Origin: Welwitschia mirabilis | Taxonomy: Eukaryota | DNA: 20,000 nucleotides | Reading direction: 5' to 3' | Assembly: GCA_051453625.1 (NCBI GenBank) | Contig: JBOZIK010000001.1 | Span: 978,144-998,143 of the forward strand | In this document: in pieces, positions 1 through 9,518 of the stretch | Position numbering within the stretch: position 1 is the first letter of the stretch | Layout: every line of letters starts with the position of its first letter | Notes under the pieces: model-generated | What the model was told of the DNA's origin: nothing | Databases searched by the model: none | What the model saw: the letters and a program-made list of their open reading frames with translations, nothing else | Program-made: the position numbers and the translations under genes

Positions 1-497
1 TGAATTTCACTCTTAGATCCTAGGGAGAATGCAAAGAAGAATTTTTTACATAATCTTTATTCACTTATAGAGCCCTTCCTTAGAAAAAATAATCCTCTTT
101 ATTGTAGTCTTGGAAAGTTTAAAGAATTAGGTTGACCTTATTCTTCATTCTAATAGCCTTTGTAATAAAATATGCAGAGATTGAAATACACCTTTGCTTC
201 TAAAGTAATTTACCATATCTAATATACCTCTACATTTAAAACTTAGGTTTCCCCTTAAGGTCTATAAGCCATGTTCATCCAATGCTATCTAGGTATTTCC
301 ATAACCCCATGTTAAACCTAAATTTTTTCATGATCCATGGGTCATAGCGTAAATGAATTCCCATTTTAATAGCTTAACCCAATTGAATCTTTAACATAAC
401 TTAGTGGTAGATATTAAGAGGAGTATGCCAAATACTTTAAAATATGTATTTTTTGTTTGCACATTAAAGATGCCATAACATGATGTTAGAGTATCAT
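1..497 (-). pseudogene. 3' part of the degenerate LINE ORF2 (post-RT / zf-RVT-like region), separated from the rest by the LTR-element insertion
   Basis: It lies directly outside the LTR element whose other flank (9519+) is LINE ORF2 on the same strand. Minus-strand translation near 170-225 gives IW*ITLEAKVYFNLCIFYYKG, resembling the zf-RVT 'IW..LPPKV..FLW' motif. Heavily decayed. Confidence 0.55.
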
Positions 498-913
498 TGT
501 AATGTCCCATTTTACTATTTTTAGATTACTTTGCATAAAAAGAACCATTTAAAATAATATGCTAGGATCCATAAAAATAACAAGGAACAATTTAAAGAGA
601 AACAGACTTTTATTATTAATAGTAGTAGATTACATTCCACATCATTAATAAATAGTCTTGGACTAGTGGTTATAGGTAAATACATGAACTATGACCTTAG
701 TCCCCCTCTTGGATCCCTTGGGATCAGCCAAGTTTGTTGCTAGTTACATCCACCTAGCTCATATACCTCCACCTAATTCCATAGGCTTATATTACATAAT
801 GAAGGAACACATCATTACATATTTGGGTCACACCCATTTACATCTCTTGTTAACCATGATTCATTAGTGCTTAAGATACATCATTATTTAATTAATAATT
901 TTGGAACATTACA
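498..913 (-). repeat. 3' LTR (416 bp)
   Basis: Begins TGTAATGTCCC and ends GGAACATTACA (TG..CA with terminal inverted repeat). Aligns with 9042-9518 at roughly 85-88% by eye, mostly transitions. Confidence 0.95.
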
Positions 914-926
914 TTCCCTCCCTCTT
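914..926 (-). other. Polypurine tract (PPT)
   Basis: The minus strand reads AAGAGGGAGGGAA immediately before the 3' LTR TG. Confidence 0.9.
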
Positions 927-1078
927 AAGAATCATGCTTATCCTTGAGTACGGTCTCTCCTTGATTTGCATCACTTCTGAAATCATGCTCCTGTGCATCA
1001 TTTTCTATATTATCTATAAGACATAACAAGAACAGGAAATATCATCCAATATAGACAATACAATACAAAATTGGTATA

Positions 1079-4000
1079 TCAGGCTCTATTAATAAAAACC
1101 TTGGGAAAGGTCTCTTGCATGTATTCCCTGATTCATTTTGTAAGTAATTCATTCTATACTTTTATTTTTTAGTTGTGTAGATTTGGTACTTAAGACTTTT
1201 TGTGGTTGAACCATAAAATTTAAATTGAATTTGGGCATGATATGTTACTAGTTCAAGGTGTAGTCTTGGTTTCTATCTTTATGGTATGATTTTATAGTGC
1301 TCACATAAAAAACTAGATGTATTCAAGACATCGAGGGAGGAAGCTCTAGTTTGTATGCTAGATTCCTAATATTTTTAATAATCTTAAAAGGACTGCAGAA
1401 TCATGAGGCTGTTTGCTGTAATTTTTCATTTTCAAGGAGTTTCTTTCTGGATTGATTTTTAATACTTATTCACCTATCTGGAATATGCAGGTATGATGCT
1501 TTTGATTGTAATATTTCTTATATCGATCTTGTGATACATGTTACTATCCTTTTATTTTATTGATTACTTCTTCCATTATTTTTAATTTTGAAGGTACTGT
1601 CTTTTTTAATCTTTATGAAGGATTTGACCATGTAATAGATGTAGAACAGTTTCTTTCATACATTGATTTGAATGATGAATAGAAGATGGAAGTTTGGAAT
1701 GTCTAGTAATAAGAAAATTCTGCCAGATGTAGGTAGTTCTTCCATTGTTTGAGCCTTCTTTTTACATAATACCTTAAAGTGTCTTTTAATATACAATTTA
1801 TTCTTTCTATTTAGTCATCTGTTTCTAGGTGGTAAGCGGTACTAAAACTGAGCTTGATACCCAAGTGGTGGAAGAAGCTTCAATAAAATTCAAATAAGAA
1901 CTTTGGATCTCGATTAGATACTATAATCTAAGGTGCACCATGTAACCTAAAAACTTCCTGTACAAAATGAAGAGTTAGTTCTTCTGTTGTATTAGTACTT
2001 TAAACTATAATAAAAAGAGCCATCTTAATTAACATGTATACACAAACAAAAAATGCATGATGCTCTTTATTAGTGAGGGATAACCTGGTGATAAAATCCA
2101 TAGATATCTCTTCCCATTTTCATTGTGGTATTCCCAATGGTTGAAGGAGTCTAGTAGGTCTTCCTTAGTTGATTTTTATTTGCTAGCATATAGAATAGTT
2201 GTAGATGTATTATTTAAATCTACCTTTATTCTGGCAAAAAATAGTATTTCCATAATTGGTGGTAGTTTCTGATAAATTCTTGATGTCCTACATAAGGAAC
2301 TTCATGTAGTTTAGATATTAGTTTCCTTCTCCATGGGCCTTGTGGAATGCACAATCATCTTGTCTTTATAAAGAATCCATCTCATGAGATCATGTATGTG
2401 TCTACTTATTTTTCTTCTTGAACCTATTGGTATATGTCCTTGAAGTATGGATATTATTCCAAAGAAGTTTTGAGAAAAGTGGATAAATCAGATGCGATAC
2501 TGATAGCTAACATATACCACATACTACTTAAAGTATATACTACTTTATTCTCTTATATTGCAACTTGAAATCATATTCTATAAGTAACTTACTCCATCTA
2601 CTTTTTTGTGTATTTAGAAGGGGTTATTTTTAAAAGCTTTTATGGTCTATTTTGAGAAGGAATTCACTCTCCATAAGGTCATGCCTCCAAACTTTCAAGG
2701 CATTCACTATGGTTAATAGTTCCAAGTCATGTACAGGATAGTTCTTCTCATGCTTGTTTAGCTTCTGTGATTCATATGTAATCATCTAATCATCTTAGCT
2801 GAGCATGAATCCTATTCCTTGGGTAGAAGTATCTGTGATGATTGTAAATGATTTGTTTGCATCTATAATCTTGAAGACCAGTGCAATTGTGAGTAGCAAC
2901 TTCAATCTGAGAAATGCCTCATTGCATTTATCATCAAAGCAGAATGTATTTGTTGCTTTGGTCAAATCTATTAATGATTCTATAAGTTGAGAAAATCCTA
3001 GAACAAATTTCCAATAGAAGCTGGTGAATCCTAAGAAACTTCATACTTGCACGGCATCTTTTAATTCTAGCCATTTCCTTATAACTTATACTTTGGTTGG
3101 ATCTGTTGTAATTTCTTTTCTGAAGATGATATGTCCCAAATAACTAATTTCTATCTAAAATAATTCACATTTACTTAATTTTACCTTGAATTTATGCTTG
3201 GACAAAACCTGTATTACTTTTCTCAAATGTGTAATATGATCATTCTAGTTTTTAGAATATATTAGGATATCATCTAAAAAGACAACCACAAATTTATCTA
3301 AGTATGAGTGAAAAACATCATTCATTAAATTCATAAAAGTAGCTAGAGCATTTTTCAAAACAAAAGGCATTACTGCAAATTCATAATGTTCATATCTTAT
3401 TCTAAAATTAGTCTTGTAGATGTCTTTATTCTTGATATGGATTTGATGGTAGCCAGATTTTAAATTAATATTTAGGAAGTACTTGTCTCGTTGCAGTTGA
3501 TCCAATACATCATTTGATCCATGGTAATGGGTATTTATTCTTGATGGTTACTTTGTTGAATTGTCTATAGTCAATGTAGAGTTATAAGGTACCATTCTTC
3601 TTTTTAACAAATAACACTAGTGCCCCCAGGGTGACACACTAGGAAAAATCTTTCCTTCTAACAATAACTGTTTAACCTGTAACTTCAATTCTTTTAATTC
3701 TACCATTAATAAATGGTAAGGTTCTCTGACTATTGGCTATGCTCTAAGGATTAAATCAATTGCATGCTTTACTTTCTCTTGGGTGGTAGCATTTTTGAAT
3801 CTTTAAATACATCTAAAAATTCCTTTAATTATTTTGGTATAGATGGATGTTCTTTAGGATCTTCTACTTATACTAGGTGATAAACACCTAATTTTTTAAA
3901 TAGCTTTAGCAATTTGTTTGAGTGAGATTAAAAAAATCTTCTTACTCTTTCCCTTCCCTTTAAAAATTTATTTTTTAAACACATGGAATAATTACAAGGT

Positions 4001-4330
4001 TTTATAGTGAAAGTTAATATGAAGATTATATCTAACTAAGAAAGGGATTCCTAGAATGGCATAGTACTCTCCAATTTGAAAGACATAAAACTTATTCCTA
4101 AACTGTAAGTCATGAATGGTAAAAGTAATAAGAGTAGTAGTCACATCTTGTATAAAAACATTACCCCCTGCAACTCCTACGATGGACTCTTATTCTTTGA
4201 AAGGAGTGATCTTTATTTTGTAACATAGGGATGGTAAAATGAAATTATGTGGTGACCACTATCGACTAGAAATGAAATAACAAAAGATAAAATGTAATCA
4301 CATAACTCTAATATGGAGTATTAGTTGTGA
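1079..4330 (-). pseudogene. pol: Ty3/gypsy pol remnant (protease, RT, RNase H, integrase with GPY/F, chromodomain remnant)
   Basis: Minus-strand motifs: FLVDSG(x)THNFI (~4240-4278); [34 protein letters not shown] (~3520-3645); [24 protein letters not shown] (ORF 3245-3505); TDTSTQGIG and THDLELLTIVNALKVWRH (~2670-2840); KWEEISMDFI, LHGAP..IVSNRDPKF, STAYHLETD (~1810-2120); FCSPFKII..LAYKLELPPSM..IHLVFYVS (~1295-1410); QPQKVL..QLKNKSI..EYMQETFP (~1100-1215). Many stops and frameshifts. Confidence 0.93.
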
Positions 4331-4379
4331 ATCACATCTATTTGAATGGTAGCATAGACTCTTTTAAATGGCATAGGTT

Positions 4380-5369
4380 GATTCTAAAGAGTTTGAGGCC
4401 AACTGTGCTGAGGAACATTTGACACTCATGATTTAAAAGGATAGTTCCTAGCAATGTAGCCTCTCTTGTGGCACTTATGAAAGGTAAGATTTGTTCTGTA
4501 TGATCCCTTGCTAGTGGTGTGGCTGAAGGAGGGTGTCTATCTCCTTAGTGTGATTGATCTGTCCATCTATTCTCTTATCCTTAGAGGTAGTGCCTTATTT
4601 TCTGATAGGAATCCTCTATAGACTTAATTTTCAAAGTATGAAGGACACTTTAAAGTTTAAATGACAAAGCATCAATAAAGCTATTAATTAGTTGCTTTTC
4701 TAAAAAATTCTTTTTGTACTTCATAAGACACTAAAATTCTAACCAATGTTCATCTAACGAGCTTTTACCTAGGTATAGGCATTGGAATTCCACTATTTGG
4801 TCTTCAATAAAATCTTTTGGAATGAACTTCTTTTTAAATTATTCAACAAAAGTATCCCACGCTATCTTGTGTAGGTGTTTCTATTGGCACCTGGACCATT
4901 ATTCTTGTGTGTTCCCTATAGAAAATGCACTAGCATATATGCACTGTCTTTCTAAAGGTATATTTCAAAGTTTAAAATAGTTCTCTAATTGCTAAATTCA
5001 TGATATAACTTTCTCATTTGTTCCAGCCTTTCCCTCATAGGTTTTTAAATGTATCATCCTTGCAAGTTCTTCTCCTTCTCGTTGTTTAATGTTGGAGTGG
5101 TTAGACTTATTTATTAGAAAATATTAAGAATTGAACTCTATATTTAATAACCTCATTTGGATGTTTTAGAGGTCAACATTAGTGGTAGGAGTATGCTGTT
5201 CTGAAGTAGAAAGCAATTCTTGAGATACCCTTTAATTAGATTCTATAAGTCTTTGTTCCAGGCGAGTAACAAGGCTATCGAGCCTACTAGCTAACTATAC
5301 ATTTTATGAGCAAATATTATCAATATGATCATCTAGTATATCAAGACACTCATTAACCCTGTGTTTCAT
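4380..5369 (-). pseudogene. gag: Ty3/gypsy gag remnant with decayed CCHC zinc knuckle
   Basis: KTYEGKAG..I*QLENYFKL (~4970-5045) and WDTFVDNLKKKFIPKD (~4815-4860); the knuckle remnant FHKCHKRGYIARNYP (~4440-4485) lies just upstream of the protease. The start position is approximate. Confidence 0.8.
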
Positions 5370-5642
5370 GATACACCAGTGGATTCGATCTCTTCCTATA
5401 CCCATACACCTTTGTCTGATTCTACAAGTACTCTCTTTCTCTTCCTTTACTTTCTCCTATGGTGGTGCTTCCTTTTTATAATTTTGCTGATGGGAGTTGG
5501 GGACCTATAACTATTTGATAGTTAAGAAAATGGTTAGAGAGAATAGTTTCTTGTAGTTATCATAACAAACTTACTGATATGACAAGCCATTTCCACTAGG
5601 GTCTATGTGTTGCCAGATGTTCAGAGATGATGCTGAGGATTT

Positions 5643-6168
5643 AAGTGTGATGTCAGGTGATTATGTATATTGAGTGTGATGTCAGGCCCTCAAGTATGAC
5701 ATCGGTCCATCAAGTGCAACATTGGATCATCAAGTATGACATTAGATCCCTCATGCTAATGGGTAAAATAGGTTATTTTAGAGAGGCAACAGATGGTTCT
5801 GTGCTTGTAAGTGACAAGTGCAACATTGATCACCCAAGTGTGATGTTATCTAGCTAAGTGCGACATTGGGCTTCCTTGGTTAAATGGATAGAATAAGCAA
5901 TTTCTTTAAAAAATGATGGAATTTGGGCCTATGAAGGAAAAGTGCAATGTCGGGCATCCAAGTGCAACATTAGCCATCCAAGTGCAACATCAGACTTTGA
6001 GGGGCTTCAGAATGCTGCACTGAGTTTGATGAGATTAAGTGTAACATCGGGTACCCAAGTGCGACGTCGACTATCAAAGTGCAATGTTGAACTTTAAGGG
6101 GCTTTGGAATGCTATGTTTAGTTTGATGAGATCAAGTGCTATGTTAGCCTTTCAAGTACAACATTGGA
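5643..6168. repeat. Interrupted tandem array of ~16 x 20-bp units, consensus CAAGTG-CGACGTCG-GGCACC
   Basis: AAGTGYRAYRTYR units at 20-bp spacing (e.g. 5692/5712/5732, 5940/5960/5980, 6037/6057/6077), grouped in ~97-124-bp higher-order blocks. Intact CGACGTCG at 6062-6069. Confidence 0.9.
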
Positions 6169-6478
6169 GCCCTTTAGTTTACTGTAGTTCAGGGTTTTAA
6201 TTTTTTTGTAGTTAACTTAAGTTGATTGAATTTAACTAAGGTTTGATTAACTATGTTTAACTATTATTTTAGAGTTAGGTTAAACCATGATCCACCACTA
6301 TAACTAACTTCATGATCCCCTCATTTTTTTCTTCTTTTGTCATATGCCTCTATAATCAAATTGGTAATTCTTTTATTTATTCTTCTGCTTGTCTTTTTCT
6401 ATTTCATTTTTTTATTTTAATATTTTTCTTTTCCTTTTCTTGCTTTTTATGCAAGTCCTTCCAATGCCTACTTCTACC

Positions 6479-6486
6479 TATAAATA
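6479..6486 (+). promoter_or_regulatory. Putative TATA box of the antisense accessory gene
   Basis: CCTATAAATA, 56 nt upstream of ATG 6535. The paralog has CCTATAAAT at 18135 with the same 56-nt spacing to ATG 18191. Confidence 0.55.
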
Positions 6487-6534
6487 CAAGTTCCCTCTAG
6501 CATTTTTGAATGTACTTCTTCCTCTAGTTAAGGT

Positions 6535-8851
6535 ATGGCTTCTAGACTTTACCTTATCATTTCTTGGCATTCTACCAATGTCAGATCTGTAGAATTGGAA
6601 TTATAGCAACATACTTCAGATTAATGGTTTTTTTGGATCTTTTCCTCTAATCTCTTAGTTCGTTGTGGCTATTCATCGTTCTATGTTCATCATCATACTA
6701 TTCTTTTCATCTTAGATTCCTTATATTCTTCCTTTGATTTAGATACTAATACCATTACTCATCCTCGGCATAGTCCAATTCAAATTTCAAAGGAAAGCAT
6801 CAAGGTGGTCTTCAGAATAACTGAATGTGATCGTATTCCTTCCAAAGTATCTCATTTTGATAAGGAGTTTTGTTACTTCTTGGAAAATTGCTTAGATGAT
6901 TTTGTATGTGTGTGGGAGATGGATATCCACTACCATGAAATTTCTACTGTCAATTTTACCACTTCATATTTTGTAGCTTCTGGAGAGCTAATTGCTTATA
7001 GGGCCTTTTTTCATGATTGAGTGAGTGAGGTTTTCATCTATATAATTCACTTGTTCCCTTTTATGAATAGTGGAGTTTCTTTTTGGGCCTTGTTTATCTA
7101 TTCTTCTACTCTTTTCAGTTGACCCACTTGAAGAAGATAAATGATAGGGTAAAGTGTTTTTATGAACATATTTTATTAAGTTTATATTTTACTCCTACGA
7201 GTCTAGAGGGTCTATAACTATCTACAGCTATTTCTATAGATTCTTCTTATATTTTCTCTCCTCATGAGATTCTTTCTTGATCTTTATTATATCTTTGTTC
7301 TTCCTCATCTATGGAGAGTGAAGGCTCTAGGAGTTATGACTCTAAAGAGATATCTCAAGGTACTTTTTCTAGTCTATCTAAGGTATGGATTTTGTTGAGG
7401 AATATTGCTATTAAGTATATTTCTGATAACTCTAATTTTTGGCATTTGGTGTTTTGTAGAAGAGTAAAGCTTTGAATCTCCTGACTCTTCCCATTAAAAA
7501 CATGATATAGCTCTAGTGAATCACCCTATGCCTATGAAACTAGAAGATAGAAAGGATGCATACCTCAGCTTTTCTCGGTGACACTAGTCTTGTGTGATAT
7601 TACCCACTAACATCTCTTTCTTTTTTTCCTTCTTCTTCTTTTTTTCTTTTTTCTTTTTTTGTTTTCTTTTGACATAGGTATTTGTTTACTTTATTTTAGA
7701 TTTCTCATGTAGAAACTTTGGTAGAGGAGTATATGGATTTTATCCCATGGCCTCCAAAGAAGATCTCTCTTCGGCAGCTAAGGGAGGAGTGCATTATTGT
7801 AAGTGAAACTTTTTCTTATGTCCCTTCCACTAGCTTCTTCATGGATTTATTTTTTCCTTTCAAATCTCAATGAGAAGAGGTACTTAATGATTTTGACACC
7901 TAAATAGATTAAGATGGACATGTTCTATTCCACCTCCTATTTTTAGCCTTTAGGTCAAAGTCCTCCTATTGCTCGCTCTTCTCTAAAAACTTCTTGTTAC
8001 CCACTTGTAGCTTCATAATTTATTGTTAATGAATAAGGCCAAGTTTCTTATCGTACTTATCAGCTTCTGTTAATGGTGGAGACCTTGTATCCTAAGATCA
8101 AGGAGTTAATAGACCAGATAGGGGATTACCACTCCCTTTCTAGTCTTTTGCATGCACAATTTACACATCCTTTATGCCTAGATGATGTCTACACCCATCA
8201 ACGATCTAAGGTAGTAGATGTATCATGGGACTTTGAATGTAGCCGTTCTTCTTGTTTCACCCCCCATTGTTCTTCATAGTAAGAGTGACCTCCTCTACTC
8301 TGAGATCTCTATAATATGGTGGATATGATGAAGTTATTTTACTACATGGATTATCATAGGATTAAAGAGTGCAAGTCTATGAGAGATTTCCTTTTGATGT
8401 TGGAGAATGAGGTGGAGAACATGCATTTGTTAGAGAAGAAATTACAGGTAGATGGGCAGATGCTTCACGAATGATAGAAAAAAATTAGGCTATTTTATCT
8501 TCTTATCTAGCAAAGATTTAGAGGATGATTTGGACTTGTGTAGATCATTTGTCCATTACTATTAATGACATAGATGTGCTGTATCATGGCAGGGAGCTCT
8601 TGAAAGAACATCTATTAGGAACTTTAGTTGCTTACAGTAAGATTCATATGAAGCTCTATAAGTGGTTGTATCTTATTACTAAGGCAGATTCTTTAGCTGC
8701 TTCTTCTTCAATAGAAATCAGTATTTCAATGGTTCCTACACAACCTATTAGGATGGACATAATTCTAGGTGGAACGAAGCCTTCTATCCCAGGCATCGAG
8801 GGTCACAACCCTGTTATTTTTTTTGTGGAGGATCTTCTTTCTCCTCATTAA
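6535..8851 (+). pseudogene. Decayed antisense accessory gene of the retrotransposon (unknown function; N-terminal globular domain and helical C-terminus), probably spliced
   Basis: One frame runs 6535-~7110 (MASRLY..IFSSNL..KESIKVVFRI..FWA; includes ORF 6805-7020) with only 3 stops. Further segments at 7700-8470 (includes ORF 8073-8279) and 8525-8851. It aligns codon-for-codon with 18191-20000, and most stops in one copy are sense codons in the other. Confidence 0.75.
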
Positions 8852-9026
8852 TGATGTTTTATTTTTCCTTATCAAGATGTCATGCATCCTATTTTTGCTA
8901 ATATCTTATTTCCTGTAATCACCATATTCTTGTTTATTGATGTACTATTTGGACTTTTAGCTGGTTTTAATTTATAATAGAGTTTCTTCCTTGTTTTTCT
9001 TCAAGTATAGTTTACCACTTATTATT

Positions 9027-9039
9027 GGCTTTGATACCA
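9027..9039 (-). other. Primer-binding site complementary to the tRNA-iMet 3' end
   Basis: The minus strand reads TGGTATCAAAGCC, 2 nt after the 5' LTR end. Confidence 0.92.
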
Positions 9040-9041
9040 AA

Positions 9042-9518
9042 TGTAATATCCCATTTTACTATTTTTGGATTACTTTACATAAAAAGAAACATTTAAAATA
9101 ATATGCCAGAATCCATAGGAATAATAAAGAACAATTTAGATAGAAACATGATTTTATTATTGATAGTAGCAGATTACATTTCACATCATTAATAAACAAC
9201 CTTGGAGTAGTGGTTATAAGTAAATACGTGGACTATGACCTTAGTTCTCCCTCCTAAGACCATTGGAGATTACCCAAGGTTATGGACTAGGACCTTAGTT
9301 CCTCCTCCTAGAACCCTTGGGGATTAGCCAATGTTGCCGTTGGTTACATCCACCCAATTCATCCACCTCCTTCCCCAATAATGCCATAGGCTTATATTAC
9401 ATAATGAAGGGACACATCTTTACATATTTGGATTACACCTATTCACATATCTTGTTAATCACACTTCATTAGTGCTTAACATACATCATTATTCAATTAA
9501 TAATTTTGGAACATTACA
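9042..9518 (-). repeat. 5' LTR (477 bp), with an internal 54-bp tandem duplication
   Basis: TGTAATATCCC...GGAACATTACA; homologous to 498-913; adjacent to the PBS. Confidence 0.95.

Larger units (their letters stand above)
498..9518 (-). mobile_element. Structurally complete but degenerate Ty3/gypsy LTR retrotransposon, chromovirus (Tekay/Del-like)
   Basis: Direct-repeat LTRs TGTAAT...ATTACA at 498-913 and 9042-9518; Met-type PBS; PPT; flanking 5-mers ATCAT/ATTGT; domain order gag-PR-RT-RH-INT(GPY/F)-chromo on the minus strand. Confidence 0.95.

Noticed and set aside
2805-2990. Short plus-strand ORFs (2805-2990, 9608-9841, 11314-11535, 12621-12833)
   Set aside because: They are antisense shadows of decayed pol or LINE ORF2 frames with no independent support.
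5657-5857. ORFs 5657-5857 and 17400-17588
   Set aside because: Chance frames across the tandem repeat array, on opposite strands in the two copies.
5643-6168. Repeat array (and 17078-17828) as a CRISPR array
   Set aside because: Units are adjacent, degenerate 20-mers without unique spacers, inside a plant retrotransposon; there are no cas genes.
6205-6290. Short AT-rich palindromes (AACTTAAGTT, GTTAAC) as a MITE or hairpin
   Set aside because: No extended inverted repeat or TSD, and only partly kept in the paralog; expected by chance at this composition.
6312-6592. Phe/Leu-rich ORFs suggesting membrane (env-like) peptides
   Set aside because: They arise from a T-rich promoter-region tract and are not kept as ORFs in the paralog.
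8448-8510. Possible third intron CAG|GTAGAT..TTATCTAG in the accessory gene
   Set aside because: It is 63 nt and phase 0, so splicing leads to a stop six codons later and does not connect to the open 8525-8851 frame. A 1-nt frameshift near 8470 fits better, and the paralog does not cover this site.
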